Assembly (NCBI RefSeq): GCF_006345805.1
Contig: NC_042998.1
Span: 8,556,001 to 8,620,000 of the forward strand
DNA: 64,000 bases
Source of the DNA: Octopus sinensis
Taxonomy: Eukaryota
Direction: 5' to 3'
Position numbers and translations under genes: made by a program. The first letter of the stretch is position 1; each line of letters opens with the position of its first letter. A model generated the notes under the pieces. It made no database searches, was not told the DNA's origin, and worked only from the letters and a program-made list of their open reading frames with translations. Shown piece after piece: positions 52,901 to 64,000 of the stretch.

Positions 52901-54407
52901 TTTACAGTTCATACTTGACATTTGATTCACGTAAATGTTAGTATATCTACACTTTCAGATATACATATATACTGTGGTAGGTTTCTCATCATTCTAACTT
53001 CAGTAGAGTTTCCTCTTCGTGTGACATTTCTAGTTGATACAAACATTGAAGTTTCCCTCGCCTCTTTTAACGTCTTGTTTTCATGCTGCAGAATAAAAAT
53101 CTTGTGGAAAAAAATGTCAGTTGTGACATGCATTGAGAATTCAACCAACCTCATTCTTCATTCCTTCAATTATTTAGGTAAACTAAGATACAGCTTAATG
53201 TGATTTGATATTCCTAAAACTACCGAATTTTGACATATTTCGTCTTCCGCTTTGTGTAGACACTTTCACATTTTGTTCTAGTTGCTTTGTATCACTTATC
53301 GGGATTAAAATCTGACGTTAATAAACATACTTCTCCAAGTATTATCAACTTTATAAATTTAGCTATAATTTTTATTTGCCCCTTTCCCTTCAAAGCTCTT
53401 TAGATTACAAAGAATTTAATATGCTTCTCGCGTAGTAGTCTAAATTAAATGAAAACCATGTTTATTTCCGTATTTAGTAGAAAGCCAAGCAAGCTAGTTC
53501 CTTTGAAAAGAAAGATAAAATAAGGTCTAAAGAAAAGTTATTTTCTTTCCTTCTTTGAAAATAGAAAACTTTATTTTGGTTTCTTCATTTTTTTTATTGT
53601 TGTTGTTGTCTGCTTTCTTATTTACAATGTTCATAGCAACAGGTGCGGAGATGAAACCATGCTTGGGTATCCACATAGTTTCACTATATGACAGAAATAG
53701 ATGAGTCTAAAATGTTTAGCCTCCCTACTTCTCTCTTAAAATGTGGCACGAAAAAGCGAAAAAATTAACCCTAAAAATTACTGCTAAATATTAACAGTCC
53801 TTTTCTTTTGTAACACTTGAGATAGTTTTTCTTCTAGGTACCTTTCACAGCCCTTATTTCGTTTCATTATAGCTCCTTCGCTCCCTTCTCTCTCTCTTTC
53901 TCTCACTCCTTCTCTCTTACTCTCTCCCTATCTCTATCCCTCTCTCTATATATATCTATCTCTCTCTGTTTCACCCTCTCTCACCATTCTCTTCATTTTT
54001 CTCACTCCCACCCAACATCATAATATCAGGCAATACATTTTTCATTTTTGTTTATTTGTTTGTGTTGTTTTCGTTTTGATTTTTGCCTTTTTTTTGTCTT
54101 TTACCTCTCAAATATTTTCCTCATTGTATAATTTCTTTTTATCATTGTCTGTCAATCTTCCCGTTGCATTTTGCTTTCTCTTTTTCGCTAACTTCCACAT
54201 TTCGAATCTTTCTCACGTTCTATATTTCAGAAACGCTCCATCAATTATTTTTTTGTATTTTCCCTCAATATAATCTCTCTTACGCGGCAGCTAATAAATC
54301 AGAACCAATGCTTTCTCTGTTTTATCTATCTCTTTCTCCTCTCTCTCTCTCTCGCACTCACTATATATATAGATATATTATACATATATACATGCATATA
54401 TACATGC

Positions 54408-54444
<37 letters not shown>

Positions 54445-54445
54445 A

Positions 54446-54494
<49 letters not shown>

Positions 54495-55399
54495 AACACA
54501 TACATATACATATATATACAAAGACACACACATTTATACATACATATCTATTTCCCTCCTTAGGCTATCTAACTATCTCTCAAAAACGTACTCTATCAAC
54601 GTCCCTGTTATTCTTAACTGTCACTTACTGTATGTAACCCTAAGTATTTTACAATCATTTTTTTCATTTACTGTAGTGCTATTTTAATTGTAATTTACAT
54701 GTTATAGTCTCCAGATTATTATTTTTTTGGTACTGTTGTCAAGCACTCTAGATAAGTCGAATGAATTCGTATGTGCAAATACTACGTTAAAGTCTTATGA
54801 ACTTCTAACATCACTAACATCACTTTTTGACTTGGGAAATGTTGGAATGTAACTACTTCCATTTTGATTCTCCGCTTCCGGTTTTATTCTTTCTTGAATG
54901 AATGATAAATAAAATAAGAACTAAGTTCTCATGGTGCTGAATCGAGAACATTCTCACATTCTTTTAAGTCAGTCACTTACAGTTCCCATCAATTTAATGT
55001 TGATATTGCAGAAGACGCAATTCTCACTGCTAAACCATAAAGCCAATTTTTATACTGTGAAAAAATGGAAAAGCCATTTTCGACATTTCAAAACGCGCTA
55101 AAACTATTAAATTCACTTATTATTTATTTGTTGGGGTATCAACATCTCTGTCATACAAAAGCGAGCTGGTCACTGACATTCTTCCACTTTGTCCGTTTTA
55201 ATAATATATGAGAGCCTTAAGTGTAACCTTCGATTAATTCTGACAAGCACTATTGAATTTCAACATCACCTCTTTAAAAAGTATGTAAGAAAACTTTTCA
55301 GAAATAATCAACAACAAAATATGAAAACACTAAAGTAACAGAATAAACTCATAGTTTTTACTTATTGATTTTGGAGTGTCTCTGGCCATCAGAGACATT

Positions 55400-55850
55400 T
55401 CAAGACCGGTGTGGTGTATTCCTTCAACGTTCTTCTTGAACCTTTGTTAGTCAAAACATGCGAGAAAGACATGAGAAGAAAGAGAATTCCATAAGACTGA
55501 CGTTCTAAAAACGTAGGGCTGAATGTAGTGATGAATGTGGGGCGTGAGAAATGCACACAGCAAGGGCCATGAGAAGAGAAGAGATGAGTGGATCGGAAAT
55601 ACCTAAGAAGCAATAGTATAAGCCCAGCCAGAACTGCGGAACAGAGGCCATTTTAGTTGCAAATAAGAGAGACAACACACCAGATGCTCTCGGCCAAATG
55701 CTAAGGGATTTCTATTAATGATTTTATGCTAATCAGCCGAGTGACAGTGGCCCTTTGCCGAATGCAGTCAAAGGTGTCTCTGTGTATAGTAGCAGCAACA
55801 GCACACCCCTAAATCTACATAAGGGCGATTGCAAAACCTTTTTTAACGTT
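55400..55850 (-). mobile_element. CR1/L2/Jockey-group LINE 3' remnant
   Basis: Minus-strand fragments DCIRQRA..RLI, NGLCSAVLAGLI..LRYFRST and RTSVLWNSLSSHVF...FKKNV. Confidence 0.55.
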
Positions 55851-56107
55851 TCAAAAACATATTTAATTTAATAGCAAGTATTCAGCAGAAACCATGACGA
55901 ATCTATGGAGCAGATTTTATTCAATGCCCAACAGAAATTACTTTAAGTGCTGCACAAATAAAGCCGATATGGAAAGTCTTTTACTTTCATGCTTACTTAA
56001 GAGACCACATGTTTATCTTTTTGTTCCATTTAACTATTATGCACACACACACACACATACACCACATACACATATATACACACACATACACATACACATA
56101 TATACAA

Positions 56108-56155
<48 letters not shown>

Positions 56156-56173
56156 TATATATATATATGTATA

Positions 56174-56208
<35 letters not shown>

Positions 56209-56627
56209 GGAGTATGCACATGAGGAGGCATGGCAAAATATGTTAAAGTAATATATATTTAATGTACTCTTTGGTTAAACGTTTTCTGTTTCTCCTTTTC
56301 TTTCTTCAATGCTCGTTTATTCAGGATATAAAAATATATTTATGCGTACATGTATATGTATACGTGTTTTAACTATATATAAACATATATCTTAATATCT
56401 TATCTATGTTTCCTCTAAATGGAAAACGTAACGAACCAAAATGGAAATGAAAACAGTGACCACGTTAGTATCTTTAAATAGATAAATAAATGTTTGCGTG
56501 TGTGTATATAAATTGACATATATGTGCACACACACACAAACATATGTATATGTATGTATATATGTGTTTGGGTGTACCAATGTACACATACATATACATC
56601 GTGTGTATACACACACACACACACACA

Positions 56628-56716
<89 letters not shown>

Positions 56717-56753
56717 TATATATATATATATGTATATATATTATATATATATA

Positions 56754-57103
<350 letters not shown>

Positions 57104-58489
57104 TCATACCGACTGTTATCAGCAAAGAAAGGAACCCTATCAAAGAAGTAAATTTTTGTTAAAATGTAAGATACCGTTTGCTATATGGGTGTGAAACGAA
57201 TCTTTAAATTTGGTTTCTACATTTGTCCTAACTTTAGATTATAATGTGTAATATCGCTAAGTTGTTCAGTACTTGGAGAGTGAGACAGAGTGACTAGATA
57301 CTTTTCGGTATAGTAACATCTATGACACTTTATCATTTGTATATCAGCTTAGAATAGCCTGTGAAACTCGTAATTCAGTGCTATCTGATAATGGTCCTGT
57401 ACACTGCTGTTTACTTTAGCACTTTAAAAATATATACTTTAGAAGCGTATCCAGAGCGATAATCGAACTATTTCTGGGTATGCGTACGTGTGTGTTTTCG
57501 TGGAGGAGAATGCGTGCATATAGTTGGTGATGCACTGAATGACTCCAGCAACAAGATTTAAATGGACTGATATTTGCATTTTAGCTGTAGAAACGTAATT
57601 GTGAAATGTAGTGTTAATTGTTGAAAAAGGAAAGGAGAGATTATTTATCTACGAAAAGATAATCACTAATTTCACAAATATTTAACGTCCGAGCTTCAAC
57701 AAAATCTGATCTTCGTTAACAGACATGTGTTTCGATTACAAGCATTGCTAACTTTCTCATGCTGGGCTCTGGTGAGTGGATGGAGACTTTTACGAGTAGA
57801 AAAAGAATTACCAAGACTTTCAGCCTGCATAATTGAGTGAATACATTATCAAAGTTAATGAACAAAGGAAACCTGAGAAGAATGGACACGCGGATGAATA
57901 CCATGCGATCTACTAACAGAAACGAAATTTCTCCAAGCATAAAATTTAAATTTAAATTTTCAGTCAAATCAATTTTAAACTTTTTTTTAAGCAATTTTAA
58001 AATTACATCCCAGTTTTTTTATTTTTTATTTTTTTTAGAGTCGCTAATAATTGTTGTTAAGTTTCTTTCTTTCTCTCTTACTGCAATTGAGAATTATATT
58101 TCAAACATGCCTGACTTGATAAACAAGGATCTCAGTAGTTTCCGCTATTGGTCACACCATTCTTGTCTCTTTCAAAGGAAAAAATAGTCATTACGTTTCC
58201 ATAAGAAGACTCATAACGCTTCCATAACAAAACTTGGTCGTACGATACCCCTCTTAAGCAGGATCAGCATGTATAATTAAGCGGGTTGTGGTTCCTACCC
58301 GCTCTAGATCCTTCAAAATCGCTCTCCATGTTGGGCCTCACTATTGTCGAGGAATTCTCATGAAAACATATCCTTAATATCTGTCTTCATTGCTACGACT
58401 GGCCCGTGTCTTCCAGAAAAAAACTACGGCCTAACAATTATTGACACTCTAAAAAGGAAAAAAAAAACTTGAGTGATCCACAGTGAAAC

Positions 58490-58701
58490 ACTGGTTTCAA
58501 ACTTTAGCACAAAACCAGCAATTTGAGGGGAGGGATTAAGTCGGTTACATCAACTCTAGTATTTGACTGGTATTTATTGTATCGACCTCAAAAGGATGAA
58601 AGACAAAGTCGACCTCGGCGGAATTTGAACTCAGAAAGTAAAGATGGACGAAGTGCTGCCAGCCATTTAGCTCGGGGTGCTAACGATTCTGCCAGCTCGC
58701 C
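58490..58701 (-). mobile_element. SINE family D
   Basis: Reverse-complement match to 27651-27830. Confidence 0.7.
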
Positions 58702-59054
58702 GACTTCGTATAATGAAATATTAATGTCACTTCAAGGATGGTATTGTTGTTGCCTACAGACATACCAGACCGAATCCAGAAAAGAATTTATTAGCACAAA
58801 GGCCCCGCAGATGTTATCTTTCCTCTTTGCCCCTTTTGTTATCTTTCACCAACTAAAGTGTAAATTCTAATTCACTTAGAATTATCAAGTTGACCACTCA
58901 CCCGTTGAAATTCTAAAGTCATGTGATTGGCTCAAATTATTTTTCATCGTTCATGTTATGGAGTTAAATCTATCGCCCCTTATGTACACCAGCATTATCA
59001 TCACCATCATCATCATCGTCATCCTTATAATATATGTACACATATATACCTACA

Positions 59055-59099
<45 letters not shown>

Positions 59100-59167
59100 A
59101 TGTAACCACATATGAATCGGTGGCGGCGATTTTCTTCCTCGTCTTACTTTCTATTGGACTTTCCCCT

Positions 59168-59202
59168 GTTTCTGAAGAAGAGCGTAGCTCGAAACGTTGA
59201 AC
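59168..59202 (+). ncRNA. Minimal hammerhead-like motif (canonical C3-G8 core) in an island between (TA)n arrays
   Basis: gttt|CTGAAGA-A|GAGC-gta-GCTC|GAA|A-CG-T|T|gaac. Confidence 0.5.
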
Positions 59203-59578
59203 CATCCTTATTTCCTTCCCTGGGCGTCTGCTATATATATATATAAGAAAATAGAGATAAATCAATTCATAATAATTATTAATTACAAAAATGGACATAA
59301 TCTCTGACAGCTGTTTCGATTCAAATTTTAAGAAATTAATTAGAATAATTAAAACATTATAAAATTGAATCGTGTCGGAGGTAGAAAAAGACATACAATA
59401 CATTTTTATATTCAGCTAACTGAATATCGATTTATAAAAAGTTGTGCAAATAATTATTAATTGATTTATCTCTATTTTCTTATTTTTCTGTATACATGCA
59501 TATGTATACATGTAAATAAAGAGACATACATATGTATGTATATATGGATGCTTATATGTATATATATAAATATATATA

Positions 59579-59616
<38 letters not shown>

Positions 59617-60225
59617 GCAAACATGCATATATACTTACATATGTATGCCTATTTATTTATATGTATACGTATGTGTTTGTAACTCTGTGTGTATATGCGT
59701 ATATATTTATATATCTCTGCATTAGCGTGTGTATGTGTGTTTGTGTGTGTGTGTGTGTGTGTGGACATATCTACATACCTCTGAATTAGCGTGTCTGTGA
59801 ATGTCTCTATATGAGCGTATTTGCATATTTTTCTACGTATGAATATGTCTATATGTCTGTTTTCTCAATGGCCTCTCCGCTATCAAGTTGAATGGCTCAC
59901 TCACTATTTCGTAAAACATTATCCGCATTCTGCTGGTTATCATTTTTATGTTCTTTACTTTCTTGTTTTTCTCTCATACGGGCAATAAATTCAGCGGAAA
60001 CAGCTAATATATATTCTATAATTAGCAGCTAACTCTGGTGTTATGCTGCAAGCAAATAACTCTGTTATAAGCGATTTATGACTATTATGATATTTTGTAA
60101 TTGAACTTAAATCCCTTCACCCATTCGTTTTTCTTGCTATTCTATTTTTTTTCAGTATATGGTTTCATCACGATGACTATTTCAGCAAAATATGTATTTT
60201 CCCCATATATATATATATATACATG

Positions 60226-60533
60226 TGGAGGCGCAATGGCCTAGTGGTTAGGGGAGCGGACTCGCGGTCGCAGGATCGCGGTTTCGATTCCCAGACCGGG
60301 AGTTGTGTGTGTTTATTGAGCGAAAACACCTAAAAGCTCCACGAGGCTCCGGCAGGGGGTGGTGGCGATCCCTGCTGTACTCTTTCACCACTCTTTCTCC
60401 CAATCTTTCTTCTGTTGGCCTGCTCGCTTAGCCAGCGGGGTGGCGTCATTCGAAGACTAAAAAAATGCGAACGCATTGTGACCAGCGATGTGTAACAGCA
60501 TCTGATGGTCTGGTTGGTCACATGATCACGTGA
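60226..60533 (+). mobile_element. tRNA-derived SINE, head B + tail X
   Basis: The head is collinear with the reverse complement of 19430-19618, then diverges after ttctgttg. Confidence 0.85.
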
Positions 60534-60566
60534 TATATATATACAATATATATGTAAACACACACA

Positions 60567-60624
<58 letters not shown>

Positions 60625-60641
60625 GCGTATATACATATATG

Positions 60642-60764
<123 letters not shown>

Positions 60765-60789
60765 TATATACATCTATATGTGTATATGC

Positions 60790-61620
60790 ATAAATATATA
60801 TATGTATAAAAAGAAGTTTGAAAACGCCACTATATAAGATAAATTTTAATTTTCTTAGAAATTTTACATGATTCGGTTCTTCTTGAAAAAACGAACCTTA
60901 TCAAAAATATTTTAAAAAGTTAAGTATAATGAAAAAGTTCATAATTGTTTCTTACAACAGAATCCAAGTGGTTGTTTTAGCTGTCTTATGTGTCCGAAAG
61001 TTCTGTGGCTGAAATGGCAGTAGCAGCAGTGACTGTTGGTCGTAGTAGTAGTAAACCGTGGTGGTGGTGGTGGTGATGGTGCTTGGGTTTGCAGCAGCTA
61101 ATTGGTTGTAGCAGCTTAGCTGTGGCAGTAGCAGCAGCAGTTGCAGCAGCAGTAGCAGTGGAGGACTGTTGATCGTAGTAGTAATAATAGTGACTATTGT
61201 TGTTGTAGTAGTAGTAATAGTAGCAGCAGTCGTGGTGATAGTGGTAGAATTTTCTTTTTCTTTTCGGAAGACCAATGTATTGTTTTAATATTCCTGGCCC
61301 AGGGTGCTCAAACTTGGTCCGAATTTTCTAATGAAATAAAGTTCTTTATTTTGGCGTTGAGTGAAGGATACGCTGTCACTGAATTTGTAAAGTGGGCAAG
61401 TCGTGAATTTGGGATTTTTATTTGAAGCACATCTATCTATGTGTCCGCTGACTGGTATTTTCCTGTATTCAGGATTTCTAATTTGGGATTTATGCACCGC
61501 CATCCTTTTACGTAAGCTGTTTTTTGTATGGCCTATATACTGCCTATTGCACCCTGCGCGTGTTAAGACGTAAATTAAGTTTTCTGATGCACAGGTGAAG
61601 TTTGTTCTGATGGCCTTGTT
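60790..61620 (-). mobile_element. Penelope-like element 3' fragment (GIY-YIG + 3' UTR + hammerhead motif)
   Basis: NFTCASENLIYVLTRAGCNRQYIGHTKNSLRKRMAVHKSQIRNPEYRKIP...KELYFIRKFGPSL, same clade as 6641-7468. Confidence 0.88.
60861..60908 (-). ncRNA. Minimal hammerhead motif, U3-A8 variant, A15.1 mutated
   Basis: Minus strand attt|TTGATAA|GGTTC-13nt-GAACC|GAA|T-CATG-T|A|aaat. Confidence 0.6.
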
Positions 61621-61683
61621 CTAATAAATATATATGTATATATATATATATTATATATATATCCATATATATATATATATAAT

Positions 61684-61722
<39 letters not shown>

Positions 61723-61777
61723 CCATATATATATATATCCATATATACGCATATACCCACGCACACACACATACACG

Positions 61778-61834
<57 letters not shown>

Positions 61835-62315
61835 AAGGATATACCAAATCTCTACCAGCAAAAACATTTGATTTATAAAAACCATCTCTGCCTGCAGAGG
61901 ATCTATCATAAGTATCAAATGGTAATTATACCTAGATCTATCATAATTACTAATGGGTAATTGTACTTGAGAAGAGGAATACTCTCAACATTCAAGATTG
62001 TCTCCAATACTGACATGCCATAAAAACAAAGGACAACCTATCCTTTCATTAGTGGCTGGTTATTGTCTATACTTCACATACGATACGAGGGGAGGTATTA
62101 AACATTGGTGTTTTGTAGGTTTCTTATGTTCGAGTAAATATTTTGTTAAGTGATTATTTTACATTTCAAATTAACAGAAATCGTTCTATGTATGCGATGG
62201 CGGGATCGGGAGACAAAAGATTTCAACACCTCATAATAGGAAATTATTCTTTTTCTTTGTCGCAGGCCATGGTCGTAAATACTTCATGATTAAAAAAATT
62301 CTTAACTGCTGATGC

Positions 62316-62387
<72 letters not shown>

Positions 62388-62710
62388 ATACATCTGTGTG
62401 TGTGTGTACGTGTGTGTGGGGGTGCGTGTGAGTATGCGGAAAGGGGGGCTAAAAATCTCCTGGCGTTGAGTAAAAGAAAAAAGTATCAGTTAATTATGAA
62501 CTTTTTCCAATATATTCCCCTCTCAGATCCACACACTTATTGCAGCGATTCTTTCACGTTTTCTAAGCCCTGTAAAAGAACCTGAAAGTTGGGCTTCCAA
62601 CCAGGCCTTTCGCAATACCCTTAAAGCCAGGAACTTTTCAACCACAAACCACTCGTGTGTTTATGCATAAATATGTGTGCGTATATATATCCATACACAT
62701 AGACATACGC

Positions 62711-62774
<64 letters not shown>

Positions 62775-63632
62775 GAATTACATATATATATATATATAAT
62801 ATATATATATATATATAATATATATATTATATATATGATATACATATATATATATATATATATTTATATTATATATATTATATATGTATAATAAAATACA
62901 AAATGGGACAAGAACGCAAAACATCTGGACAACTAGGTGATACAAAAAGGGACAACAAAACATGCAGATAGACGATAAAAAGAAACACGGACGGGTCATT
63001 CGAAGCCTTTTATCTCCAGTCAAGAACCGGATCATCCTGGCAATTTCGGCTGATTAATCTTGAGATTGCTCCAATCTGGTCAGCTCCAAGGAAAAACTAA
63101 GCTAAGAGCATTAGATTACTTGGAATTTCGGCTGATTAATCTTGATACATATATATCCATACATAAATATTTTTTTTTATTTATATGAATATGCAAATAT
63201 ATATGAGCATATGTATGTTTAACTATGTAAGTATATTTATGTATATATACTTACATATATATTCACACATTTGTAAATACACATACAAAAATATACATAC
63301 ACATTCACATACACACTAAGACATACAGATATACATAAAAAACATATGTATATGTGTATGTGTGTAAGTATGTATATGTGTGTGTGTGTGAGTATTTTTT
63401 GTGTGTGTATGTGTGTTTGTGTGTGTACAGGAACACATTAGCATTTCGCTAAATTAGTCATATATATATATGTGTGTATACATATATCTTTATATATATA
63501 TACCTTTATATATATATATCTTTATATATATGTGTGTATACATATATCTTTATATATATATACAAGGGCGGTGCCCCAGCATGGCCTCAGCCGGATGGCT
63601 GAAACAAGTAAAAGAGTAAAAGAGTAAAAGAG

Positions 63633-64000
63633 TATATAAAAGTGAGGTTGTGTGCTGTCTATCTCCTACGATTTAGATTCCTAACTACTCCCACATTTTG
63701 CGGTGCAGTTCAACCAAAACCGGGTATCTTATAGTCGTGAATCATATCGAGCCCTTCTGGGTATTAGCGCGCGTCTACGCTGAGTCTACGATTTAAAAAA
63801 AAAATTACCATCAATTTTTCCCATTTTTAATGCATTTTTGGCATATATATAAGGGAAGTAACTCTCTAAAAATTTATTATTAAATCTCAGAACGTAAAAC
63901 GCTACAGTAACACCCCCACCCTTTGTGGTTAGCCATATTGAGATGGCTATTATACTTTACATCTCTAAAAATGTTTATATAGTTATTTCCCTTACAAACC
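63633..64000 (+). mobile_element. Non-autonomous Helitron, runs off window end
   Basis: Collinear with the reverse complement of 24036-24430. Confidence 0.85.

Noticed and set aside
52380-53180. Strong-looking splice acceptors (ctgtctgcag 52437, catgctgcag 53089) as further exons
   Set aside because: Frames are short or closed and the peptides unrecognisable; such sites are expected by chance in AT-rich DNA.
57724-57772. 49-nt exon-like segment ending in CTG|GTGAGT
   Set aside because: No consistent phase link to other candidates and no recognisable peptide.
62930-63150. Island between (TA)n arrays with CTGGAGA...GAAT and CTCAAGA...GAAA motifs
   Set aside because: Too many core and stem violations to call a hammerhead, though it may be a decayed PLE terminus.

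Overview
Eukaryotic, strongly AT-rich DNA saturated with microsatellites and transposable elements. The SINE families and repeat load suggest a coleoid cephalopod, probably Octopus; this is an inference, not a database result. I see no rRNA, true tRNA gene, CRISPR array or complete host CDS, and most ORF-track entries are microsatellite read-throughs. Retroelements supported by the sequence: a decayed but nearly full-length Penelope-like element (PLE; RT + GIY-YIG, ~5405-8275), several further PLE fragments from two clades, RTE, CR1/L2-like and REL-type LINE remnants, a solo LTR and many tRNA-derived SINEs. DNA elements: a full-length hAT with a perfect 8-bp TSD, a Tc1, a mariner remnant and six Helitron-like non-autonomous elements. 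There are also five fold-back palindromes and a candidate signal-peptide first exon at 43844-43931. The most striking observation concerns two divergent PLE copies. Each has a minimal type I hammerhead ribozyme motif near its 3' end, with the catalytic-core C3-G8 pair replaced by U3-A8 (8171-8215 and 60861-60908). In addition, two adjacent PLE segments in the 4-9 kb cluster are each bracketed by inverted repeats.
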